A stretch of DNA of 64,000 nt from the NCBI GenBank assembly GCA_963797095.1, contig CAWCNY010000006.1, positions 32,001 to 96,000 on the forward strand, read 5' to 3'. Made by a program: the position numbers and the translations under genes. This DNA is from an uncultured Chloroflexia bacterium. GTDB taxonomy: Bacteria; Chloroflexota; Chloroflexia; QHBQ01; JADMIH01. A model generated the notes under the pieces. That model was not told the DNA's origin, searched no databases, and worked only from the letters and a program-made list of their open reading frames with translations. This document shows, piece by piece, positions 17,773 to 26,683 of the stretch. Within the stretch, counting starts at the first letter, position 1. Every line of letters begins with the position of its first letter.

Positions 17773-20100
17773 TTAGCGTGTAGGTGCACACGAAGAGAAG
17801 AAGGAGTTACTTACTATTTTGCTTGTCTGACCTCGTGTGACTGTACCTGATGGGCGGAAGTAGGGGCGGTTTAGAGGTGCGACACAAGGCTCGCCTGGGC
17901 CTCCGCAAACGTAGCCTCCGATAATGCTCCGACCGGCAAGACGCTCGGTGTAATCATAGAAGGTTGAGCCAGGCGGAACGTCCTGGAATGTTTGTCCGCT
18001 CACAGGATCGGTGAAGCCTGCAGCAATTGAAACGATTTTGGTGAGTTGTCCTCGCGTAGCCTGGCCGTTAGAGCGGAAGTAGGGGCGATTGTCGGGGCCG
18101 ATACATGGCTCGCCTGGGCCTCCGCACGGGTAACCCAACATCACATTGTGAGACACCAGTCTGCCGATGAACTCGTAGAATGTCGAGCCCGGGACCACAT
18201 CCTCAAAGGTCTGGGCGAGAACCGGTTCCGTGAAGCCCGCAGAGTTGGACACTATCTTGGCAATTTGGCCCCTGGTGACGGTGGCCTGTGGGCGGAAGTA
18301 GGGGTCGCTGTTACCATTGCAAGGCTCGCCATCTCCACCGCATGGGTAGCCGTTGATTATGCCCTCGCATGCCAGGCAGCGCGCGTACGGATAGAACGTG
18401 TTGTCGGGTGCGACGTCGGCGAATTGGATAGCGCAGGACGTGGGAGTCGCAGTATCTGTTGAGCTGGGAAGCGACGTATCTGTTGGTATTGGTGATGGCA
18501 CGTTCGTATCGGTGGCTATGGGGGTTACGGAAAGCCCTGGGGTTTGCGTCGGCGGAGTGGTAGGTGTGTCTATTGGTGTGCTTGTACGAGTGGAAGTGTT
18601 GGCGGGAGCATTGGTAGGTGTGTTCGTTGGCGTGCGCGTAGCCGTGCTGGTACGAGTAGCCGTGCCGGTGCGGGTAGCTGTATCGGAAGGTGGTACGGGG
18701 GTCGCAGTAGGACCGCCAGGCGTTTGGGTGGGTGCAGTAGTGGCTGTATTGACAGGAGTGTCCGTGGTAGTAGGGCTGTCGGTTGGAACGTTAGTGTGAG
18801 TGGCAGTTGCGATAGTTGTTGGTGTGTTAGTATCTGTGGCAATTGGGCTGCCTGTTGGTACGCCAGTGTGAGTAGCAGTAGCGGTCGATGTGCGTGTGCG
18901 GGTGGACGTGGGGGTTCTGGTGCGGGTGGCAGTGGGAGGCAGCGCAGTTGGTGTGCGCGTTGCGCTGGGCGTCGCGGTAGGCGGTGTGCCCGTGGGAGTG
19001 TTGGTTGGTGTGCCACTATTGAAATTTGTAGCTTCGGCTAAGATCCTATTCTTGACCGATACTCCATAAGGGTCGCTTGGTACGAAGTTGGTTCTTGGTC
19101 CAGTTAGCAAGCATGGACACCCCTCACTGTCGAAAATCCAGGCAGTCCAACTTATATGACGTGTTCCATTGTTCATCAGCGTCATGAGTTTGTCGGTATC
19201 TTCCTGATCCATCTGGCCGCCTGTGCCAAACTCGGTTACTAATACCGGATAGCCGGCATCGGCAACGGGCAAGAAATAATCCCAATCGTTTGTGGTGTAG
19301 TAATGGTCATATGGGTGTGAAGAGTAGACAACATTTTCCCCTCCATCTGCTTGAATTGGATCAAGATAACCTACCCCGTACTCATCTACAACAACAGGAC
19401 TTATATCCCGTCCATAGCCGTCGCCTGATGCTAAGATAAGGTGTTTATTGGGAGATGGATTGTCTACTGCACGCATTGCAAGAATCATACGGTCGTAGGA
19501 AGGACGAAGGGTATTCCATGTCACGTGGTAATATTGGCCGTTCCAATTATCGCTATGGGGCTCTGCCTGAAGCATGAACATGACGTTTGATTTGTCTCTA
19601 TACCGCTGTACCAGATCTACCAAAGCTTGCTGCGCATTTGGATCCACATCCGGGTTAGGTGGCTGGTCTCCATTTATAGTCGGGTAGTAATAGCAGAATA
19701 TGATATACATTCCGTTCTGCTCGGCAAGTTGCTGGTACTCGTCGAGCACTCCAAGATAAGTAGCATCACCCGCAACTACTGGAGCCGAGGCAAAGCCATG
19801 AGTTATGAGGTTCGCATGCCAGGTGGAAGCAAGTTCGGGCATAGCTAATCTCTCATAGCTCATATCTGGATATACCCATTCATTTCGTAGTACATTTACG
19901 CCTCTTAGCTCTACTCGCTCATTGTTGTCAACACGTACTATCTGGCCGTTCATTGTTTTGAGCCAGGGTAAGTTAGTTGTCGTAGGTACATTAGAGCTAA
20001 TTTGCAGTGCAGGTCTGGCGAGACCTTGTAGGGGGGTTGCGGCGACAACGAGAATGGAAATAGCAGCCAGGGCTGCAAGAGTGCGTATGATCCTATTCAT
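17773..20100 (-). CDS. Secreted GH5-like glycoside hydrolase with Thr/Pro linker and C-terminal SLH-like repeats
   Basis: Signal peptide; 'VELRGVN', acid/base 'QAEPH', 'VYSSHPY', nucleophile 'VLVTEFG', 'SWTAW'; long TPT linker; three 'F.DV.P..TFY..GY.CGG.GEPC..PYFRP..TRGQ..KIV' repeats. Confidence 0.85.
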   Translation of the reverse strand: MNRIIRTLAALAAISILVVAATPLQGLARPALQISSNVPTTTNLPWLKTMNGQIVRVDNNERVELRGVNVLRNEWVYPDMSYERLAMPELASTWHANLITHGFASAPVVAGDATYLGVLDEYQQLAEQNGMYIIFCYYYPTINGDQPPNPDVDPNAQQALVDLVQRYRDKSNVMFMLQAEPHSDNWNGQYYHVTWNTLRPSYDRMILAMRAVDNPSPNKHLILASGDGYGRDISPVVVDEYGVGYLDPIQADGGENVVYSSHPYDHYYTTNDWDYFLPVADAGYPVLVTEFGTGGQMDQEDTDKLMTLMNNGTRHISWTAWIFDSEGCPCLLTGPRTNFVPSDPYGVSVKNRILAEATNFNSGTPTNTPTGTPPTATPSATRTPTALPPTATRTRTPTSTRTRTSTATATHTGVPTGSPIATDTNTPTTIATATHTNVPTDSPTTTDTPVNTATTAPTQTPGGPTATPVPPSDTATRTGTATRTSTATRTPTNTPTNAPANTSTRTSTPIDTPTTPPTQTPGLSVTPIATDTNVPSPIPTDTSLPSSTDTATPTSCAIQFADVAPDNTFYPYARCLACEGIINGYPCGGDGEPCNGNSDPYFRPQATVTRGQIAKIVSNSAGFTEPVLAQTFEDVVPGSTFYEFIGRLVSHNVMLGYPCGGPGEPCIGPDNRPYFRSNGQATRGQLTKIVSIAAGFTDPVSGQTFQDVPPGSTFYDYTERLAGRSIIGGYVCGGPGEPCVAPLNRPYFRPSGTVTRGQTSKIVSNSFFSSCAPTR

Positions 20101-21197
20101 ATTTCTTTCCTTTTGCAAGGGCGACTTGCTGGTATCATGCTCTCCTGGGAAACCGCATCACAAAATGCAAAATACACGTCGCTCCTGGTAACTCACCTTA
20201 CGCAGCCAGGCGAACAGGTTGAAGTTGGCGGAAGGTATCAAAGGCAACCTGCATGGCACGCAAGTAGATAGTGCTCTTTAGAGCAAAGTGGTTGAGATGA
20301 TTGGACAGCTTCAACAATTCGAGCTTGACGTACCCACACAAAGAGGCAAACAAATGGTTGGTCTGGGTGCACACTGTGTGAGTTGGCGAGCGTTCCAAAG
20401 AAGCATTCTGCTTCAGCGACTTGTGATACTCTTCCACGTTCCACCGTCTCTGGTAGATTGTGGTGATTTGGTCGAAGGTGCATGTCACATCCGAGCACAC
20501 CAGATACTGGGTGATTTGACCACCATCTTCGTTTGCGAAGAGTTGCTTGACCAATATCAAGGGGAAGTCTATCCCTTCAAGATAGACCGTCCGCACCTCA
20601 CCCGTCTCCAGCGGCACACTGTCCACACGCATGTACCGACCCTGTCGTTTGTCTCCCTCGGTAAAGGCCACCTTGCGGTTGGTCTTGAGAGGCATGATGA
20701 AATCCCCCTCCAATTCGACTTTGACGAAGCGCATATTGTCCGCCGAGGCATACCACACGTCATTGAGCACGAAGTTGAGTACGAAGCGGAACAACACTTG
20801 GTTGTGCTTGGCTTGCCGCAACAACGCCTGATAGTGCTCGTTCTTACTGACCGGATCACGCCGCTTGGTTTTGCCGTCTTTAGGGTCCACATACTGCTCG
20901 GTCTTTCTTACCAACCGAAAACCCACGGGCAGCGACACCTCCAACTCAGGCACATGGTACAAGGCCGAGAGGAAGTTTATCCCCTTGACCGTTGTGCCTT
21001 TGGAGTGGTCATAGTGCCAGGCGATGATGTCGTTCTCATCTGTGTACGGCTTCTCCGAGATGGAGTCGTCCACGATGATGCACCCATCTTCTTGCTCAAC
21101 GGCTCGCACGGGTGCGCGCCATCTTTTAGGAAGGAAAGAAAAATGATACCCTCTAGGTGAAGACATCCCGGCTAAGGCCGAAATCCTGGAGGGTATC

Positions 21198-22709
21198 ATG
21201 CAGAGTAGCGAGTTTCAGGCCGTTTGCGACCTGTCACCTGCCCTCACTAGTATTGTGAAGGAATTTGAGGGGCTCGTCAAACAACTTTGGATATATGCTC
21301 AACGCAACCCGGATGCTACTTTGAGCAGTCTCGAAGAAAGAGCACGTCAACTGCGCTCGGACTGTTTCGCCTCAGCCTTAGAAGCCGCAGCCCAACTGCA
21401 TCGTGCCATGATAGAGGAAGAATGGCTGCTTGGGCACAAGCAGTGTGACTGCGGGCAGACACCCCAGTACAAGGGTAAGCAGCGGCGCACTGTGCAAACA
21501 TGGGTAGGCACGGTCACATTGGAGAGAGGTTACTTCTACTGTAAAGGGTGTGGCACCGGACGCTACCCGCTGGATGAGGCTCTAGGCATACCCGCACGGG
21601 AACACTTCTCGGACGGAGTGCAACAAGGAGTGTGCCTGCTGGGTGTGCAGATGCCTTTCGAGCAGGCTGCACATGCAGTGGAGGTACTCACTGGCATGTC
21701 GGTCTCTCCAAGAGAAGCCGAGCGCATGACTGAACAGAGGGGGCTTACATTAGAGGGGAGCTTGCAAGAGGAGAGGAGAGCTTGCAAGAGGAGAGGAGAG
21801 CTTGCAAGAGGAGAGGAGAGCTTGCAAGAGGAGAGGAGAGCTTGCAAGAGGAGAGGAGAGCTTGCAAGAGGAGAGGAGAGCTTGCAAGCAGAAGATCAAA
21901 CGCTAGGGGCAAGTCCCACCTCTCAGAAAGGTTCAAAGGTTGCAGATGGAGCATTGGGCTTGGGCACATGGGCGGCGACGCTGGACGCTGGCAAGGTGCG
22001 CTACGAAGATGGGTGGCATGACGCTAAAGCGGGAGTGGTGTTTTGGGCCGAGCCTGCATACAACGAAGCAGGAGAGATAGAGGGGGCAAGAGCCACCCAT
22101 CAGAGCTATGTGGCGGAGGTCGGCTCGATGGAGCGGGCAGGAAAGCGGTTGAGTGCTGAAGCATGGAGGAGAGGGATAGGCCCTGAGGAGCAGGTTGTAT
22201 GTCTGGGAGATGGGGCACCCACCAACTGGATACAGTTCGATGAGCACTTTGCCAACAGGGTAGAGGTACTCGACTGGTATCACGCCATGGAGCACCTGTG
22301 GCAAGCAGGTAATGGTATCTTCGGGCAGGGCACACCAGACGCCGCAAGATGGGTGAAGCGTTGGGAGAAGGAATTATGGGAGGGAAGGGTAGAAGCAGTC
22401 ATTGTGGCTCTACACAGAGAGAGCAAACGTGAAGGGGAGGCGGGAGAAGCGGCACGAGAGCAGATTCATTACTTTGAGACGAACAAAGAGAGGATGCGCT
22501 ACTCCGAGTACCGGGCATTGGGCTTCCCAGTTGGTTCAGGCACGGTGGAGAGTGCATGCAAGCGGCTGATTGGTGCCCGTCTCAAGGGAGCAGGCATGTG
22601 TTGGAGCAAACCAGGAGCACAAGGGGTGCTGACACTGAGAGCCGAACTGCTCAGTGAGAGGTGGGAGCAATGCTGGCCCAAAACTCGCCCTCTCAGAAAA
22701 GTCGCCTAA
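21198..22709 (+). CDS. ISKra4-family transposase
   Basis: CDCG..CKGC zinc motif, LDAG, GDGA, LDWYHAMEHL, GSGTVESACK. Confidence 0.9.
   Translation: MQSSEFQAVCDLSPALTSIVKEFEGLVKQLWIYAQRNPDATLSSLEERARQLRSDCFASALEAAAQLHRAMIEEEWLLGHKQCDCGQTPQYKGKQRRTVQTWVGTVTLERGYFYCKGCGTGRYPLDEALGIPAREHFSDGVQQGVCLLGVQMPFEQAAHAVEVLTGMSVSPREAERMTEQRGLTLEGSLQEERRACKRRGELARGEESLQEERRACKRRGELARGEESLQAEDQTLGASPTSQKGSKVADGALGLGTWAATLDAGKVRYEDGWHDAKAGVVFWAEPAYNEAGEIEGARATHQSYVAEVGSMERAGKRLSAEAWRRGIGPEEQVVCLGDGAPTNWIQFDEHFANRVEVLDWYHAMEHLWQAGNGIFGQGTPDAARWVKRWEKELWEGRVEAVIVALHRESKREGEAGEAAREQIHYFETNKERMRYSEYRALGFPVGSGTVESACKRLIGARLKGAGMCWSKPGAQGVLTLRAELLSERWEQCWPKTRPLRKVA
21761..21888. repeat. 20-bp VNTR (CTTGCAAGAGGAGAGGAGAG)x6 plus partial, inside the transposase
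   Basis: Six perfect units at 21761-21880 followed by CTTGCAAG. Confidence 0.95.
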
Positions 22710-23129
22710 ACGATGGCGCGCACCCGGCTCGCACATGAGGCTTGACAAAATGCCACAGGTCAGCAGAGGTGAACTCTCCCTTGGAGAGGAAGCGTTGAAT
22801 GGGGTCATGGCTCACGCTTCCACTCAGCAATGCGCTCAAGCCCGTGCCGGTGGTCAGACCGAAAGAGCTTATCAGGTAGTCAGTGTACAGATCAAGCAGT
22901 TCTTTGTTCGTCATCCCTTTAGTCTACCATTCAACACTTCGGCTGCGTAAGGTGAGCTGGTAAATAATGGTTTCTAGAGGGGCGTGGTAATATGGACACT
23001 CTCCTAATTATGTTCCTACATCTTGGAAATCTGAATGGGAACTCTGTACCGGTAGCGCTGTGTGGATGGTCCCGGCGGGACATAGGCCAAATGGGTGATG
23101 TGGTGGGTTGGGGTGAGGCGGGTTTGCTC

Positions 23130-23185
23130 TCTCAGCGAATTCTCAGCGTTTTCTAAACTTTCTCTTAAGTCCGGGTGCTATACTG
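23130..23185 (+). promoter_or_regulatory. OmpR/MprA-type direct-repeat boxes plus extended -10
   Basis: TCTCAG-N5-TCTCAG-N5-TCTAAA-N5-TCTTAA (11-bp period), then TGC-TATACT at 23177-23185. Confidence 0.65.
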
Positions 23186-23252
23186 CACAATAGCTGTTTC
23201 TCTACCTTGTTTTCTCTACCCTGTGGCGAGGCTTTATTGTGGAGGCTTTATT

Positions 23253-23996
23253 GTGAGCGACACATTATCCTCTATAGATGAAAAGGATGCAAAGCGTTCG
23301 CCGAACCCCGCGACGCGCGTGCTTGTCATAGACGACGAGCCGGGCATACTCGATTTTCTCTCGTTGGGCTTGGGCTACGAGGGTTTCGAGGTGCGGCGCG
23401 CCGGGGATGGAGTAACCGGACTGCAAATGGCCCTGAGCGAAAGGCCAAACATCATTGTGTTGGATCTGATGCTGCCCGGCCTCGATGGTTTCGAGCTTTG
23501 TAAGCGGCTGCGGCAGGTGTCGAGCGTACCCATAATAATGCTGACCGCTCGCGATGAGGTGGACGATCGCATACGTGGGCTGGACCTGGGAGCAGACGAC
23601 TACCTGACCAAGCCGTTCCAATTCAAAGAGTTAGCAGCGCGGATGCGGGCCATACTGAGGCGGCAATCCAATAGCAGGGATACCAACCGGCATATCACTC
23701 ACGGCGAGCCGTTGCAGGTGGGCGATATCACTCTCAATCCCGCCTCGCGCGAGGTACACAGAGGGGACAGGTTGGTGCCTCTCACCGTGCGCGAATATGA
23801 TTTGCTGGAAATGCTGATGGAGCACCCTAACCAGGTGCTCACACGCGAGGCGATCCTGGGCAGAGTATGGGGCTACGACTTCGCAGGTGACGACAACATC
23901 ATCGAGGTGTATGTTCGCTATTTGCGGAACAAGCTTGGCGACCCGAACCCCATCAGCACTGTACGTGGCGTGGGCTATGTTATGAAGCAGCGATAG
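23253..23996 (+). CDS. OmpR/PhoB-family response regulator (MprA-like)
   Basis: REC domain VLVIDDE..VLDLMLP..GADDYLTKPF; wHTH 'VYVRYLRNKL..ISTVRGVGY'; GGAGG before GTG 23253. Confidence 0.93.
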   Translation: MSDTLSSIDEKDAKRSPNPATRVLVIDDEPGILDFLSLGLGYEGFEVRRAGDGVTGLQMALSERPNIIVLDLMLPGLDGFELCKRLRQVSSVPIIMLTARDEVDDRIRGLDLGADDYLTKPFQFKELAARMRAILRRQSNSRDTNRHITHGEPLQVGDITLNPASREVHRGDRLVPLTVREYDLLEMLMEHPNQVLTREAILGRVWGYDFAGDDNIIEVYVRYLRNKLGDPNPISTVRGVGYVMKQR

Positions 23997-24005
23997 GAGA
24001 TTGAT

Positions 24006-25682
24006 GTGATACGACGTTGGCTTGCCAGGTTCTCCACTCTTCGCTGGCGCTTGACCCTCTTCTACTGCGGCTTGTTGGCCCTGTTGCTGGCTGCCGTCGG
24101 TATCTCCGTGTATGTGCGATTCGGAGATGCCCTCAAAAGCAACGTCAGCAGTCGCCTGCACGACCTGGCGATGGTGCTGACTCCCCCTCTGAACATAACC
24201 TCCAAACTGCAAGGGTCCAATCTATTAGACATCGCCAAAGCCAACTCCGCCTTGCTTGAGTACATCCAGGGCCAGCTAGTGCAAACTGAGTCGTCTGCAG
24301 CAGTGTACATAGGTGTTATGGATAGCAGCGGCAACCTGCTGCTCGATAATCAGCCGTTGAAGGACCCTTCCGGCATAATAACCATGAACCCACAGTTTCA
24401 ACCGCTGCTCGATCTGAACTCGGCCAAGGCAGGAACTGTACAAGAATACGAGACCACACTCGACGAGACTATAGACGATAGGTTGGGCGTGCAAAAGGTA
24501 GCAAGCCAGGTGCATGGCATTGCCTATGTGATCCCCCTGCTGCCGGTCTCGTCCGACGATTTGAGTCTTGCGCGCTCGGCGGACAAAGACGTTACGCCGA
24601 GTATGTATCTCGCGCTGGCCGCGCCCCTGGATGGCGTGGATGGTGCTCTGCAACAGATCGCCTTCATACTGGCTACGGGTCTGCTGGCTGCCCTGGCGCT
24701 GGCGTTGCTGCTGGGTTTGCCTATCGCACGGCTTGGCCTCAGACCGCTGCGCCGCATGGCCTCTACCGCCACTCAGATTGGTGCGGGCGACCTGAGCAGG
24801 CGGGTTGGCATCCCATCTCGAAGCGTTGCGAGCGTGGAAGCGGGTGACGAGGTGCAGCAACTGGGGCAGGCGTTCAATGCCATGCTTGACCGCATAGAGG
24901 CTTCCTTCCAGGCGCAGAAGAGTAGCGAAGCACGCACGCGGCAGTTTGCCGCTGACGCCTCACATGAGATGCGCTCGCCTCTGACTGTGCTTGGCGGCTA
25001 TATTGACGTGCTTTTGATGGGGGCCAAAGACGACCCGGCCCAGGCCGAACGCATACTCGGAGCGATGCAGCGCGAGAACGACAGGCTCGGCAGGCTGGTG
25101 GCTGACCTGCTCTTGCTCACGCGCATGGATGCTAACGGCACCGCCCGCCACATGATGGACCCTTTACCTCTGAAAGACCTGGTGATGCGCGCCGTGGACA
25201 ATATGCGCATGGTGGCCGGGTCTCGCATGGTGCAAGCCGCCATCGCTGAGGATGTAGAGGATGCCGTGGTTCTCGGCGATGGCGACCGACTCTACAGGAT
25301 GCTGACCAATCTACTGGACAATGCGATCCGATATACCGAACCTCAGGGCCATATCGTTGTCAGCCTTCGCCACTCGGACCGCGGAGATGGCTGGGTGAGT
25401 CTGCGCGTAGCCGACGATGGTTGCGGGATCGAGGCAGACAAGCTACCTCGTATATTCGACCGCTTCTATCGCGCCGATAAATCGCGTGCCCGCCAAACCG
25501 GCAACTCAGGCCTTGGCCTCTCTATCTGCAAGAGCATAGTAAATTCTCATAGCGGGTCCATTTGTGTAGAAAGCGACCGAGGTTGTGGCACTGTCTTTAC
25601 GGTGGATCTGCCTCTATTGAACGATTCTCAGCGAACTCTCAGCACAGTCTCAGGCGATTCCAAATCTGTGTTGCTACACTGA
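24006..25682 (+). CDS. Sensor histidine kinase (TM-HAMP-HisKA-HATPase)
   Basis: Two TM helices, HAMP, H-box ADASHEMRSPL, N-box NLLDNA, G1 DDGCG, G2 GLGLSI. Confidence 0.93.
   Translation: MIRRWLARFSTLRWRLTLFYCGLLALLLAAVGISVYVRFGDALKSNVSSRLHDLAMVLTPPLNITSKLQGSNLLDIAKANSALLEYIQGQLVQTESSAAVYIGVMDSSGNLLLDNQPLKDPSGIITMNPQFQPLLDLNSAKAGTVQEYETTLDETIDDRLGVQKVASQVHGIAYVIPLLPVSSDDLSLARSADKDVTPSMYLALAAPLDGVDGALQQIAFILATGLLAALALALLLGLPIARLGLRPLRRMASTATQIGAGDLSRRVGIPSRSVASVEAGDEVQQLGQAFNAMLDRIEASFQAQKSSEARTRQFAADASHEMRSPLTVLGGYIDVLLMGAKDDPAQAERILGAMQRENDRLGRLVADLLLLTRMDANGTARHMMDPLPLKDLVMRAVDNMRMVAGSRMVQAAIAEDVEDAVVLGDGDRLYRMLTNLLDNAIRYTEPQGHIVVSLRHSDRGDGWVSLRVADDGCGIEADKLPRIFDRFYRADKSRARQTGNSGLGLSICKSIVNSHSGSICVESDRGCGTVFTVDLPLLNDSQRTLSTVSGDSKSVLLH
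25626..25680 (+). promoter_or_regulatory. Second TCTCAG box array plus -10, within the 3' end of the kinase gene
   Basis: TCTCAG at 25626, 25637 and 25648, TCCAAA at 25659, then TGC-TACACT at 25672-25680. Confidence 0.65.
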
Positions 25683-25770
25683 TCTCAACGACGCTGCGAG
25701 CCAGCAAGCTATCGGGCCGCGAACAGAGAACTTGCCGGAAGGCAAGAATAAGGAAAGTGAGGTCAGAAAT

Positions 25771-26574
25771 ATGGATATTGCACGCATGAAAGTTGTTGGG
25801 GCGGTTTTGGGAATGATGGCATTTGGTGGGGTGCTTGGCGCGCTCTTCACCGGGTATGGGGGTTTCGCCAATGCCTCAATTTCGGGTTACGCGAACACTC
25901 AGGCCGCCGTTACAATGGGATCGGGTTCAGATGATGGCGCCACACAAGCAAACTCAAATAAAAGCAACAGTGACAGTGACAGTGACACCTCGCTCCCTTC
26001 CAAAGAGGATATACGGCACTACGCGGAATTGTTTGCTCAGAACTTCGCATCGCAATTGGGAGTTGACAGCGACACGCTGAATAACGCGCTTCGGGGCGCG
26101 TTTCAGGCCACGATCGACCAGGCCGTAGCGGATGGCAAACTGGATGCCGATGGTGCGAACGCTGTTAAGTCCAAAGTGGGGAGCACGACCTTCAGCGACC
26201 TGGTCTCGATTCCCCTTGGGATGGCGGGGGCGGGCGAGGTGGACATGAGCGAAGCATTGGGCAATAGCCAGGCGTTCATCGATGCCACCGGCACGGCTTT
26301 CGATGCGGGCGGACAATTGCTGGGGATAACCGGGCACGAGTTTGAACAGGACCTTCAGAACGGTACCCTCCTATCTGCCGCGCAGTCGCACAATGTCACC
26401 GTGGAAACATTGAAGAACACTGTTGTGAGCACGCTACGGACGGAACTGGACAAGGCCGTGGCATCCGGGCAACTGACTCAGGACCAGGCCGACCTGGCGT
26501 ACAATGCCTTCAGCGGTAAATTCGAGATGGCCCTGACTGGTGTCCTACCCACCAATAGACCTGCTGACAAGTAA
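25771..26574 (+). CDS. Secreted/membrane-anchored hypothetical protein with repeated 'AVA.G.L....A' helical motifs
   Basis: N-terminal hydrophobic segment; 'IDQAVADGKLDADGA' and 'LDKAVASGQLTQDQAD'; GAGG RBS. Confidence 0.8.
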   Translation: MDIARMKVVGAVLGMMAFGGVLGALFTGYGGFANASISGYANTQAAVTMGSGSDDGATQANSNKSNSDSDSDTSLPSKEDIRHYAELFAQNFASQLGVDSDTLNNALRGAFQATIDQAVADGKLDADGANAVKSKVGSTTFSDLVSIPLGMAGAGEVDMSEALGNSQAFIDATGTAFDAGGQLLGITGHEFEQDLQNGTLLSAAQSHNVTVETLKNTVVSTLRTELDKAVASGQLTQDQADLAYNAFSGKFEMALTGVLPTNRPADK

Positions 26575-26611
26575 TTTACCTTCAATGTGGACATCTTGGC
26601 AGGCTTTAGAG

Positions 26612-26652
26612 CAAAGAGAATGGGCAGCGAAACCGCCCATTCTCTTTGTTTT
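26612..26652. terminator. Intrinsic terminator
   Basis: CAAAGAGAATGGGC / GCCCATTCTCTTTG stem followed by a T-run. Confidence 0.8.
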
Positions 26653-26683
26653 GAAAACTCTATATGCCTCTACTCCAGTTAAG

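Larger units (their letters stand above)
21110..22725 (+). mobile_element. ISKra4-family insertion sequence
   Basis: TIR GGGTGCGCGCCATC..TTTAGG / CCTAAA.GATGGCGCGCACCC; 9-bp TSD GGCTCGCAC (21101-21109, 22726-22734). Confidence 0.9.
20198..22914 (-). pseudogene. IS701-family DDE transposase interrupted by ISKra4
   Basis: 5' part 'MTNKELLDLYTDYLISS..WHFVKPHVRA' (22726-22914) joins 3' part 'VEQEDGCIIVDDSISEKPYTDEN..RWNVEEYHKSLKQ' (20198-21100). Also has an in-frame 12-bp duplication (FVLNFVLN, 20763-20786). Confidence 0.85.
20192..22956 (-). mobile_element. IS701-like element carrying a nested ISKra4
   Basis: 16-bp TIR CTCACCTTACGCAGCC (20192-20207 / 22941-22956); 7-bp TSD CTGGTAA (20185-20191, 22957-22963). 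Confidence 0.88.

Noticed and set aside
21761-21888. Possible CRISPR array
   Set aside because: Units are contiguous with no spacers, lie inside a transposase, and no cas genes are present.
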